A stretch of 64,000 nt of DNA, from assembly GCF_963921235.1 (NCBI RefSeq), contig NC_086097.1:212414001-212478000 (forward strand). Direction: 5' to 3'. The notes beneath the pieces were generated by a model, which ran no database searches, was not told the DNA's origin, and worked only from the letters and a program-made list of their open reading frames with translations. Positions 12,795-24,965 of the stretch are shown here, piece after piece. The stretch comes from Mobula hypostoma. Taxonomy: Eukaryota. The first letter of the stretch is position 1, and each line of letters starts with the position of its first letter. Position numbers and translations under genes: made by a program.

Positions 12795-14890
12795 ACGTCA
12801 CCTGAACCAGATGGACTAGACCCCAGGGTTCTGAAAGAGGTGGCCGAAGAGAGTGTGGGGCATAAGTAATGATCTTTGAAGAATCACTAGGTTCAGGAAT
12901 GGTTCTGGAGGAATGGAAAGTTGCAAATGTCACACCACTCTTTACGAAGGGAGGAAGACAGGAAATTATAGGCCAGTTAGCTTGACTTCAGTGGTTGGGA
13001 AGTTGTTGGATTCCATTATTAAGAATGATGTTTCAAGGTACTTGAAGGAACAAGATAAAACAGGCCAAAGCAAGCATGGTTTCTTTTACAGGAAATCTTG
13101 TCTGACAAATCTGCTGGAATACTTTGAGGAAATAACTGCCAGGTATTACAGGAAAGATACTAGCATGGATAGAAATTTGGCTGACTGGCAGGAGGCAAAG
13201 AGTTGGAATAGAGGGGACCAATTCTGGTTGGCTGTGGGTGACAAGTGGTGTTCCACAGGGGTCGGAGTTGGGACCAATTCTTTTCACATTACATATCAAT
13301 GATCTGGATAATGGAATTGATGGCTTTGTGGCCAAGTTTGAAAATGATACAAAGATAGGTGAGGGGCTCGTAGGTTTGAGGAAGTAGATTCTGCTGAAGG
13401 ACCTAGGCAGATTTGGAGAATGGGCAAAGAAGTGGCAGATGGAATTATAGTACAGGGAGGTGCAGAGTTATGCACCTTGATAGAAGGAATAAAGAAGTAG
13501 ACTATTTTCTAAATGGGGAGAGATTTCAAAAATTAGAGTTGCACAGGGAATTGGGAATTCTGGTGCAGGATTCCATGAAGGCTAACTTGCAGGTTGAGTC
13601 GGTGGTGAGGAAAGTAAGTGCAATGTTAGTATTCATTTTTATAAAGACTGGTCAAACCACGTTTGGAGTATAGTGAGCAGTTTTGTCCCCTTATCTTAAA
13701 AAAAATGTGCTGGCATTGGAGAAGGTCCAGAGAAGGTTCACAAGAATGATTCTGGAAAGGAAAGGGATAATGTACGGGGAGTGTTTGATGGTTCTGGGCG
13801 TGTACTTACTGGAGCAATGGAGCTTTGAAGAATGAGGGGAGATCTCATTGAAACTTACCAAATATTGAAGGGCATAGCTAGAGTGGATATGGAAAGGATG
13901 AGCCATAGTGGGTGAGTCTAGGACCAATATAGGGTCATCTATTTATAACTATATAACCATATAACAATTACAGCATGGAAACAGGCCATCTTGGCCCTTC
14001 TAGTCTGCGCCGAACTCTTACTCTCACCTAGTCCCACCGACCTGCACTCAGCCCATAACCCTCCATTCCTTTCCTGTCCATATAGCTGTCCAATTTAACT
14101 TTAAACGACAACATCGAACCTGCCTCAACCACTTCGGCTGGAAGCTCGCTCCACACAGCTACCACACTCTGAGTAAAGAAGTTCCCCCTCATGCTCCCCT
14201 AAACTTTTGCCCTTTAACTCTCAACTCATGTCCTCTTGTTTGAATCTCCCCCACTCTCAATGAAAAAAGCCTATCCACGTCAACTCTATCTATCCCCTCA
14301 TAATATTAAATACCTCTATCAAGTCCCTCCTCAGCCTTCTACATTCCAAAGAATAAAGACCCAACTTGTTCAACCTTTCTCTCTAACTTAGATGATGAAA
14401 CCCAGGTGACATTCTAGTAAATCTTCTCTGTACTCTCTCTATTTTGTTGACATCTTTCCGATAATTCGGTGACCAAAACTGTACACAATACTCCAAATTT
14501 GGCCTCACCAATGCCTTGTACAATTTCAACATTACATCCCAACTCCTATAACTCAATACTCTGATTTATAAAGGCCAGCATACCAAAAGCTTTCTTCACC
14601 ACCCTATCCACATGAGATTCCGCCTTCAGGGAACTATGCACCATTATTCCTAGATTTAGAACAGAGTGGAAATTTCTTTTGTCAGTGGGTGGTGAATCCG
14701 GAATTTATTGCCACAGACCATGGAATCTAAGTCACTGAGTATATTCAAAGCGGAGGTTGACAGCTTCTTGATTAGTCAGGGCATCAAAAGGAAAATGGTG
14801 TTGAAATGGATAATTAATTACCCATGATGGAATGAAGAAGCCTCAATGGTCCAAATAGCCTAATTCTGCTCCCATGTCTCACAGTCTAAC
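12795..14890 (+). mobile_element. CR1 LINE ORF2 remnant, interrupted by an opposite-strand CR1
   Basis: GNYRPVSLTSVVGKLL, KSCLTNLLEYFE, SGVPQGS motifs; 3' end at 14655-14890. Confidence 0.9.
13946..14653 (-). mobile_element. CR1 LINE 3' fragment (different subfamily)
   Basis: Tail taactatataaccatataac; reverse-strand LVRPNLEYCVQFWSP; short direct repeat attta at 13941-13945 and 14654-14658. Confidence 0.85.
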
Positions 14891-16586
14891 TCCCTCAAAT
14901 ACATTGAAAATAAAAAATTAAAATAATAGAAACTATTTATTCAATACTTAACAGGAGACAGGGATGATTCAGAAACTGAAAATGACCAAAGCTTTCAAGA
15001 AGTCAGTTTTGAAACTGAAGGGAGGAAGGCCGATTGGAAATAAGATTGGTCGGGAATCTGGGAATGGAAATGTTAAGTGCTACTGCAGTTGGGGTTGGGA
15101 GTGGCAGAAGTTTGGTGAAGAGGGAGAAAGAAGCATTAGAAGACCAAAGTAGAGGAATGATGCAGAGGAGTGAGAGGTGGCTGAAGGCATCTTAGAGTAT
15201 TGGCTTTTCCCCAACACCTCTTGGATGCCCATCTCTGAACCCTTGGATTCCTGCACAGTACCTGTGAATTTTACATCTCATTCCACATTGAATTGAATGC
15301 CCCAACTCTCCTGCACTAAACTCTTTTGTGCCTTGAAAGCCTCTCTCATGTGACTTCTGCTGGCTTATCTGAAGGCATACAAAGGTTAGCAGGATTTGAC
15401 AAGCAGAGCAAGGGGCTATGTGGCCTCCTCCCATTCACATATTGATCCTATAACTTTGCATGCCTGACTACTTAAACTTTAAATATATACATCTTATGCC
15501 ACAGTGATTACTTTCTACTGGCTTCAGTACAGAGAGCAAGACAGGACACTGTTGTAGAAGAACTGTGAAGAATGAATTTTGATAGCTCAAAAATTCTTTT
15601 CTTACCTATGATTCTTAATTTAACCAACCAGGCCTATGACTTTATTTGCCTTATTTACAAAATAATGCTAAGGCAGCCCTTGCACAGAGTCATAGTTAAA
15701 AATGTAACGGATACCAGATCGGCCTCTACAGCTACCTGAGGACCCACCCATAGACAACCCCTTAGGAGTATATCATACTCGAGGGATTGCACTACATAAT
15801 TCTGTAGTCCTAGTCCATCTCATGCTTTTGGTATAATTTCACCATACTCATTCCTTGTTCTCTGAAGCTGCGAGATATCATCGGCAACACCTGCGTCGGG
15901 CGGCAAGGCCTCGGCTCAGTTCGTTTCCAGAAGTGGGGAAACGCAAGCATAAGGAACAGGTGAGACATGATACAGGCAGAAGTACGGATCCGCGAGGAAG
16001 AGAAGCGGATTTCAAAGGCAGTGGAACAAGGGTCCCAGGGTGCCTGGACAAAATGGGATCTGCCTAAGCGCAAGATCTCATGGGCAGAGTTATGGAGACT
16101 GGAGCCCTTCTGTATTTCCTTCCTCTTGCGATCCGTGTATGACACCTTTCCTTCACCATTACATCTATACACATGGGGGATGAGAGAGGACCTGTACTGT
16201 AAGCTCTGTGGTCAAAAGGGGACACTAGCTCATATACTGTCCAGGTGTAAAACAGCTCTAACTCAAGGACGGTATAGGTGGCTTCTGGCTCTTGCTGACA
16301 CACTAGAGCAGGAGAGATGCAAGAAGAGGACGGCTGGCACAGATTTTAGGAAGGCCATCACCTTCATCAAAGAGGGAACTAGGCCTTTCGTGACCTAACA
16401 ACCAAAGCCCAATCTGCTGCTAACGGCCACGTCCTGGGAGGTGAGGGTTGATGTGGGAAGGAGGTTGCAGTTCCTGGATGTGGTGCACACAACGCTACAC
16501 CCGGACATTGTACTGTGGTCAACTGAAGACAAGAAAATAATTCTGGTTGAGCTGACTGTGCCGTGGGAGGAGGGATGGGAAGAAGC

Positions 16587-17216
16587 CAGACATCCCACCT
16601 CTCCCGGAAGTTCCAGGAGTCTCCCGCATATTAATAGTGGCTCCCTGATGCCCGCAAATTATATACAATATCACGGAAATCCATTTTTTTTTAGAGAGAG
16701 AGAGCGAGAGAGCGAGGGTAAGAGCAAGAAAGCAAGCGCGAGTGAGAGCGCACCTGAGAGACAGCGAGCGAGAGCAAGGGCGAGAAAGCAAGTGAGAAAA
16801 CAAGCGCCAGAGCGAGCATGAGTGAGAGTGGCCACGAGAGAGAGAGAGCGAGAGCAAGACCACGAGCGAGAGTGTTCCAAAAAAAGAAAATATAAAACGT
16901 ACGTCACCCCAGACCACACTAAAGTGTACCCCTGTCTAGTAGGGGTCAAAAATAATTACAGTGTTGCTCAGTGCACTGTTTGCAACAGTGACTTTTCTAT
17001 TGCCCATGGTGGGTTAAGACTGTATAAGACATGCTGAGGTGAGATTAACAGGTGTCATTCGTTCATTAGCATAGTTAATGTTATTTAAACTAGCTGGCTG
17101 GCTGCTAAGGAGCTACTCTATTGCAGATATCCCACCTCTCCCGGAAGTTCCGGGAGTCTCCCACAAATTGATGGTGCCACTTCCCTGAAATGAGTTTTTG
17201 CAGGGTGGGATGTCTG
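16587..17216 (+). mobile_element. Non-autonomous hAT DNA transposon
   Basis: 13-bp TIRs cagacatcccacc (16587-16599) / ggtgggatgtctg (17204-17216); 8-bp TSD gaagaagc / gaagaggc; BED-finger-like remnant AQCTVCNSDFSIAHGG. Confidence 0.9.
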
Positions 17217-17459
17217 GAAGAGGCCCACGAGAGAAAGGCCTTGAAGTACCAGCCCTTAGTGCAGGAGTGTAAAGACAGGGGATGGCAGGCATCGTTGTTC
17301 CCTGTGGTGATCGGCTGCAGAGGTTTCCCAGCCAAATCATCATAGCGCTTGTTGTCAGATCTGGGCCTGGATGAAAGGAGCAAAAAACAAGCAGCTTGTA
17401 GAATGGGGGAAGAGGCAGAATGAGCCTCTTGTTGGATTTGGAGTAGGCGAGAGGAGGAA

Positions 17460-19630
17460 AATATAGAAACATAGAAAATAGGTGCAGGAGTAGGCTATTC
17501 GGCCCTTCGAGCCTGCACCGCCATTCTGTATGATCATGGCTGATCATCCCACTCAGAACTCTGTACCTGCCTTCTCTCCATACCCCCTGATCCCTTTAGC
17601 CACAAGGGCCATATCGAACTCCCTCTTAAATATAGCCAATGAACTGGCCTCAACTGTTTCCTGTGGCAGAGAATTCCACAGATTCACCACTCTCTGTGTG
17701 AAGAAGTTTTTCCTCATCTCGGTCCTAAAAGGCTTCCCCTTTATCCTCAAACTGTGACCCCTCGTTCTGGACTTCCCCAACATCGGGAACAATCTTCCTA
17801 CATCTAGCCTGTCCAATCCCTTTAGAATTTTATACGTTTCAATAAGATCCCCCCTCAATCTTCTAAATTCCAGAGAGTATAAGCCTAGTCGATCCAGTCT
17901 TTCATCATATGAAAGTCCTACCATCCCAGGAATCAATCTGGTGAACCTTCTTTGTACTCCCTCTATGGTAAGAATGTCTTTCCTCAGATTAGGGGAGCAA
18001 AACTGCACACAATACTCCAGGTGTGGTCTCACCAAGGCCTTGTACAACTGCAGTAGTACCTCCCTGCTCCTGTACTTGAATCCTCTTGCTATGAATGCCA
18101 GCATACCATTTGCCTTTTTCACCGCCTGCTGTACCTGCATGTCCACTTTCAATGACTGGTGTATATTGACACCCAGGTCTCCTTGCACCTCCCCTTTTCC
18201 TAATCCGCCACCATTCAGATAATAATCTGTTTTCCTGTTCTTGCTACCAAAGTGGATAACCTCACATTTATCCGCATTAAATTGCATCTGCCATGAATTT
18301 GCCCACTCACCTAACCTATCCAAGTCATCCTGCATCCTCTTAGCATCCTCCTCATAGCTAACACTTCCGCCCAGCTTCGTGTCATCCGCAAACTTGGAGA
18401 TGCTGCATTTAGTTCCCTCGTCTAAGTCATTAATATATATTTTAAACAACTGGGGTCCCAGCACTGAGCCTTGCGGTACCCCACTAGTCACCGCCTGCCA
18501 TTCTGAAAAGGTCCTGTTTATTCCCACTCCTTGCTTCCTGTCTGCCAACTAATTCTCTATCCACATCAATACCATACCCCCAATACCATGTGCTTTAAGT
18601 TTGCACACTAATCTCCTGTGTGGGACCTTGTCAAAAGCCTTTTGAAAATCCAAATATGCCACATCCACTGGTTCTCCCCTATCCACTCTACTAGTTACAT
18701 CCTCAAAAAATTCTATGAGATTCGTCAGACATGATTTTCCTTTCACAAATCCATGCTGACTTTGTCCGATGATTTCACCGCTTTCCAAATGTGCTGTTAT
18801 CACATCTTTGATAACTGACTCTAGCATTTTCCCCACCACCGATGTCAGGCTTACCGGTCTATAATTCCCCAGTTTCTCTCTCCCTCATTTTTTAAAAAGT
18901 GGGGTCACATTAGCCACCCTCCAATCCTCAGGAACTAGTCCAGAATCTAAAGAGTTTTGAAAAAATTATCACTAATGCATCCACTATTTCTTGGGCTACT
19001 TCCTTAAGCACTCTGGGATGCAGACCATCTGGCCCTGGGGATTTATCTGCCTTTAATCCCTTCAATTTACCTAACACCACTTCCCTACTAACATGTATTT
19101 CCCTCAGTTCCTCCATCTCACTAGACCGTCGGTCCCCTACTATTTCCGCAAGATTATTTATGTCCTCCTTAGTGACTCCAAAGTAGTTATTCAATTGGTC
19201 TGCCATGTCCTTGTTCCCCATGATCAATTTACCTGTTTCTGACTGTACATTTTTCTACATTTGTCTTAACCACTCTTTTTCTTTTCACATTATCTATAAA
19301 AGTTTTTACAGTCAGTTTTTATGTTCCCTGCCAGCTTTCTCTCAATCTTTTTTCCCTTTCCTAATTAAGCCCTTTGTCCTCCTCTGCTGGACTCTGAATT
19401 TCTCCCAGTCCTCAGGTGTGCTGCTTTTTCTGGCTAATTTGTATGTTTCTTCTTTGGAATTGATACTATCCCTAATTTCCCTTGTCAGCCACGGGTGCAC
19501 TACCTTCCCTGGTTTATTCTTTTGCCAAACTGGGATGAACAATTGTTGTAGTTCATCCATGCGATCTTTAAATGCTTGCCATTGCATATCCACTGTCAAT
19601 CCTTTAAGTATCATTTGCCAGTCTATCTTG
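17460..19630 (-). mobile_element. Relatively young 5'-truncated CR1 LINE with a largely readable ORF2 RT
   Basis: ORFs 19342-19630, 18928-19227, 18549-18839, 17553-18548 with SPGPDGLHPRVLKE, YLDFQKAFDKVPH, SGVPQGSVLGP, KFADDTK; atagaaacatagaaa tail. Confidence 0.95.
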
Positions 19631-19949
19631 TCTATCTTAGCTGGAAGCTGGAAGCCAGGAGCAGATGGGCAATGATTTAGCCACCACTGCCGGCCCACCA
19701 ACTGGAGAGTGTCATGGTTAAGGGTCGAAACTCGGTGAAGGTTGGGAACCACCTGATAACATCTGCTCCTGGCTGAAGGCTACGGTTATCTTATAAGGTA
19801 ACTGGAGAATGCACCCTAACAGGTGTATGTAACAAGACCTTTCAACTTTTTCCTTCATCATTACCTTCTGAGTTTTAATACACTCAGCAGTATTGACTGC
19901 AAAAAAACCTGACAACAAATCATGAACTGGTAGCCTGTTATTCACTTGG

Positions 19950-20190
19950 TTTTATTTACTCTGCGATACAGTGTGGGGTAGCCCCTGCTGGCCCCTTGCA
20001 CCATGTCGCCCCAGCAACCACCGACAAACCCAATTAACACTAACCTAATCAAGGGACCTACCTGGCCCATCTTCGGAATGTGGGAGGAAATCGGAGGACC
20101 CGCAGAAAACCCACACATTTCACAGGGAAGTTGTCCAGAGACTCCTTACAGAACGATGCAAGTATCGTGCTAATCACTATGCTACCCTGT
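19950..20190 (-). mobile_element. tRNA-derived V-SINE (HE1-like), decayed
   Basis: V-domain on the reverse strand (tgtgggaggaaatcggaggacccgcagaaaacccacac); homologous to 22771-23050. Confidence 0.75.
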
Positions 20191-21224
20191 TGTCTGTTTA
20201 AAGAGTGAATATCCTAAATGACTGAATGTGCTCTCTATGTTTACTGGACAATACTTTTAAAATTTAATCTTTTCTTCTTGACTTTCCAAGATAATGCTGA
20301 ACAATTTTCTTTACTATTTTTTTTTCCAAATAATATCTGCTGACATTCTGCCTGCAAAAGCAGCCTTCTTGAATATTCCATAGGTCCTTCCTCTCCTTAG
20401 TTGTAAAGCATTAAGAAAAAAAAATGCAGTCATCATTCATCTGAATCCACTGATGTTTTCAGAAAAGATCTAAAGAAGCATTTCTCTTTCGTCCCCCCGT
20501 GACATGGTGAGCAACTACTGATGTGACAGTTGTCAAAATGATTTTATCGTTGACCATGTGTAAAAACAGCCCAGCCTACACAAGAGTTATACACAAAGCA
20601 GGAATATAAGGAAAAAAATGTTTGGTATCAGTCCCCTGATGATTTACAACTGAAAAGGCTACCACTACAAATTGGCAAGAGTTATTCTTGGTTAGATTAG
20701 TAGTGCATAATGTTATTACATGCAAGGCCAGATTGACAATTTAGATAATTTCCAATTGCCACTCACGTGGAAAATGTTTTATTTTTGCCGTGATTAACTA
20801 GATATTGACATTTTCAGTCACACGCTGTAGATAAAGAAACAAATATTAGAATTTATTAATAGCTAAGTTTATGTTTAAATTGATACCAAACAACATGGAA
20901 AAATTGTAGAGTACTAAATGGCTAATGTTCATAGAGCCATGCAATCATGGAACCATTATGATATGGAATATGATTTGTTTCACTGAGTTTATGCTGCTTC
21001 AAGTAGGATAATTCTATCTTCCCCATTTCCCAGCACTTTCACCATTGACCTGCAAGTAATTCACTCTCAAGTGCTCATGACAGTCCCTTAAAAACCCCAT
21101 CACCTCTGACTCCATCATTACAGGGAGTGAATTTGAGATCATAAATATTTCCTTTTAAAGAAGATTGTCTTACTTCTCTCTTGTGCCTTTTGCCCTAAAC
21201 TATAAATCGGTTTGTGAAAGTTAA

Positions 21225-21590
21225 AAAAGAGAACTGCCGATGCTGGAAATCTGATATAAAAAGAGAAAATGCTGAAAACAGTCAACATCTGTGGAAAGTG
21301 AAACGGTCAACATTTCAGGTCTGGGATTCTTCATCAGTACTGGGAAAAAGGGTAACAAATCAGTTGAGGTAGCAAAGAAGGTAGGGGACGGCAATGGGTG
21401 GAACAAAAGGCATTTCTCTGATAGGATGAGACTGAATGACCAACAGACTCATTCAGTATCCTGCAGGGTTCTGGAGGTTCTCATAACCCAGCCTGATGAA
21501 GGGTCTCAGCCTGAAACATTGACTGTTTGCTCTTTTCCATGGATGCTGTCTGGCCTGCTGAGTTCCTCCTGCAATTTGTGTGTGTTTTCT
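21225..21590. mobile_element. Inverted pair of Penelope-derived terminal repeats, each with a hammerhead core
   Basis: Left arm on minus (ctgatgaagaatcccagacctgaaatgttgac); right arm on plus (ctgatgaagggtctcagcctgaaacattgac, from 21493). Confidence 0.7.
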
Positions 21591-22770
21591 GGAAGTTTAA
21601 TCATTGATAGCATTTGTGGAAATATATTTTAGGATATTAGAATTTCAAGCAATATGGGCATGGGGCAGGAAAATGCTGTTGAATTATAAGATTAGCTGTG
21701 ATCATAATGAATATGGGACGGAATAGCCTGTACGTATTATTTCTTATGTTCTAATGCTCTACTGGCTTACATATACGCATTATCAAAAGCCAGGTATCCT
21801 GCTTCATCAGAGCACCAGTAAACCTATCAGGCATACTTGGATTTTTCTTTAGTAACTGATGGGGCTCCTTTGTTTTTCTCTCAACTCCTCCCTGGACAAA
21901 CACTGAAGCGCCTGACTAAGAAAATCATCTCACTCCCAAATCCCTCTCAAATGTCCAGTTTTTGAATAGAGGAAGAGAAGGAGAGGACATAGTTTGTCTA
22001 TCTTAACTTGTCTTTCTTTAGTCCTCTTCACACTCGCAATTTTCCAATTCCAATATCTACAGATTCCAAACTATGCCATTGTTCCATGAATATTAAATGA
22101 TTTTACGATCTTCTTGTGACCTCTAGCTATGCTTTTTCAGTGTTTTAGTCTTGTTAACTAGTTCATGATACCACATTCTTTGCAGGGAAATTGCTAGATT
22201 TCAGCTTATGAGAAAGTGGAATGTATCACTATCAATCTGCAGTTACTCATTATTTGGATAAGAGGTACAATTTGCAAATGTATTGATTATTGAAGTTTCC
22301 AACTCCTAGTGGTCTGGAAGCGTTCAATTGATGGCTTCCAATTGGCATTGATAATACAGCAGTTTCAAATTGTTACCTGTCAGATGTAGTTGATTTACAA
22401 GATGTGTTGTATGTGTATCTGGCAGAGGGTCACTGTTAAGCACAGTTATGTTTAGTGCTATCAGTTTGGAGTGTTAAAAGATTGGCATTTATAAGGAAGA
22501 AAGCTAAGTTGATCCACTTGTCCCCTATCAATGTCAGGTCTAAAACTCTGGGCTGGTCTGTGTAGACATATCTTGGAAGTTCACAGATCCAGGGCTAGGA
22601 ATGGCCAAGAATACATAACAGGTTTAATGACTTTTGCTTTCCTGTAGCCTGAAAGAAGAGCTATTCCTAAAGACGCCACATCCTTCTCCACAATACTTTG
22701 GAATCATACGGCTCAATTAAATCAAGGCCCACCTGGCTCCATCATGTGGTACAACATGGAAGTGTAGTGA

Positions 22771-23050
22771 GGGTGGCACGGTAGTGTAATGGTTAGCACA
22801 CTGCTTTACAGTACCAGAGACCTGGGTTCAATTCCCATGGCTGCCTGTAAGGAATTTGTAGGTTCTCCCCATGGCGACATGGGTTTCTTCCGGGTGCTCC
22901 GATTTCCACTCACAGTCCAATTTGTACCAGTTGGTGGGTTAAGTGGTAAACGTAAATAGTCTCGTGATTAGGCCAGGGTTAAAATGGAGCTACTATGGCA
23001 CGTGACTCAAAGGGCCTATTTCACCTGTGTCTCAATAAGTAAATAATAAA
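22771..23050 (+). mobile_element. tRNA-derived V-SINE (HE1-like)
   Basis: Head gggtggcacggtagtgtaatggttagc (A box) and gggttcaattcc (B box); V domain gttctcccc...tgggtttcttccgggtgctccgatttcc; A-rich tail. Confidence 0.85.
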
Positions 23051-23073
23051 TATATAAAATACATTGGAGTCAA

Positions 23074-24237
23074 CCTACTCTGATGTACAGCACCCTCTCT
23101 ACTCTGATACGCGGCACCATCTCCACTCTGATACGCGGCACCCTCCCTACTCTGATACGCGGCACCCTCTCTACTCTGATACGCGGCACCCTCCCTACTC
23201 TGATACGCGGCACCCTCTCTACTCTGATACGCGGCACCCTCCCTACTCTGATACGCGGCACCCTCTCTACTCTGATACGCGGCACCATCTCCACTCTGAT
23301 ACGCGGCACCATCTCCACTCTGATACGCGGCACCCTCCCTACTCTGATACGCGACACCATCTCCACTCTGATACGCGGCACCCTCCCTACTCTGATACAT
23401 GGCACCCTCTCTACTCTAATGTACAGCACCTTTCCTACTCTGATACACGGCACCCTCTCTACTCTGATGTACAGCATCTTTCCTACTCTGATACGCGGCA
23501 CCCTCCCTACTCTGATACGTGGCACCCTCTCTACTCTGATGTACAGCACCCTCCCTACTCTGATACATGGCACCCTCTCTACTCTGATGTACGGTACCTT
23601 TCCTACTCTGATACGCGGCACCCTCTCTACTCTGATGTACAGTACCCTCCGTACTCTGATACGCGGCACCCTCTCTACTCTGATGTACAGCACCCTCTCT
23701 ACTCTGATAGGCGGCACCATCTCCACTCTGATACACGGCACCCTCTCTACTCTGATGTACAGCACCTTCCCTACTCTGATACACGGCACCCTCCCTACTC
23801 TGATACGCGGCACCCTCTCTACTCTGATGTACAGCACCCTCCCTACTCTGATACGTGGCACCATCTCCACTCTGATACGCGACACCCTCCCTACTCTGAT
23901 ACGTGGCACCCTATCTACTCTGATGTACAGCACCCTTGCTACTCTGATACGCGGCACCCTCTCTACTCTGATGTACAGCACCCTCCCTACTCTGATACGC
24001 GGCACCCTCTCTACTCTGATACGCGGCACCCTCTCTACTCTGATGTACAGCACCCTCCCTACTCTGATATGCGGCACCATCTCCACTCTGATACGCGGCA
24101 CCCTCCCTACTCTGATACGCGGCACCCTCTCTACTCTGATATACAGAACCCTCCCTGCTCTGATACACAGAACCCTCCCTTCTCTGATACACAGAACTCT
24201 CCCTACTGATACACAGAACCCTCCCTTCTCTGATACA
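23074..24237. repeat. 24-bp unit minisatellite, about 48 copies (consensus tactctgatacgcggcaccctctc)
   Basis: Directly visible tandem array with variant units (acgcgg/gtacag; ctctct/ctccct/atctcc/tttcct). Confidence 0.97.
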
Positions 24238-24789
24238 AAGGGGCCACCCTGTCCAATACATTAAAAAAAATCAAGAAAACTGCAGGTCGTTGAAATTTGA
24301 AATATAAACAAAAATTGCTGGGTTATCTCTGCAGGTCAAGCAGAGAGAAGTAGTAAACTTTTCACGTCTAAAACCATTCTTGTTCTGGTGCGCCTGCCAT
24401 TCTCTATGTTAAACTAGGCCTACTCTGATTCATAAAGTGCTAGACCTATCCTATCCAGGGTTTCCTCTTTTTCTGTCAAATGCAGCTCATCTAGCAATTT
24501 TTGTAACCATCTACCTCACTGTTTGAGACCTTTTGGGTTCCAGCCATGTTTCCTTCTTCCTGGAATCCCACTCCATTTGCCATTCAGAAAGCAGCCTGCT
24601 GAGTGGCTAAATAGACTTACATAAACTTACATACTCTGGAGAATCAGACAATTTCCATTCTGCCCTGATATCAACTACATGACAACTGCTGACAAGTAAA
24701 ATATGCTTCAGGTAACATCCTTAAGTGCTTTACTACATCAAACTCCCACAAAGAGCCGTATGATAATTTTATTTTAATGATGCTGGATG

Positions 24790-24965
24790 AGGTATAATTA
24801 TTCACCAGGAGCCTGGTGATACATTTCCCCTTCTAGCACCACCAATAGTTATGTCTTTCCTCAGCCCTGTACTGAAGTGGCAATCCATATTTTTGTGCTC
24901 AGTTTTCTTGAGATTTGAACACAGAATCTTCTGACACAAAGGGTAAGGCTGCAGTTCACCAACAC
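24790..24965 (-). mobile_element. Old tRNA-derived SINE remnant, possibly DeuSINE/SacSINE-like
   Basis: ctgtactgaagtg...tgtgctcag...tttgaacacagaatcttctgac resembles a reversed tRNA head and body. Confidence 0.45.

Larger units (their letters stand above)
15862..19780 (+). mobile_element. 5'-truncated non-LTR retrotransposon with restriction-like endonuclease (R2 group, Hero-like), split by a hAT element and a CR1
   Basis: CCHC finger CKLCGQKGTLAHILSRC, GRYRW, and PD..E nuclease motif HPDIVLWS..KKIILVELTVPWEE; resumes at 17217 (EEAHERKALKYQPLVQEC..GW...FPV.IGCRGF...ASCWIWSRRE) and at about 19646 (SWKPGADGQ*). Confidence 0.85.

Noticed and set aside
19700..19773. Canonical hammerhead in the Hero 3' UTR
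   Set aside because: GAAAC and CTGATAA are present, but stem II does not pair and there is no proper stem III/UH; kept only as a structured element.
22771..22850. tRNA gene
   Set aside because: The tRNA-like head continues into a V-SINE body and does not form a full cloverleaf; the same applies to 62720-62794.
23074..24237. CRISPR-like array
   Set aside because: Units are contiguous with no unique spacers, no cas genes are present, and the context is eukaryotic.
23064..24264. Long ORFs (381, 393 and 351 aa) as a repetitive protein gene
   Set aside because: They arise from a 24-bp tandem unit lacking stops in several frames on both strands; no unique coding flanks or supported splice structure.
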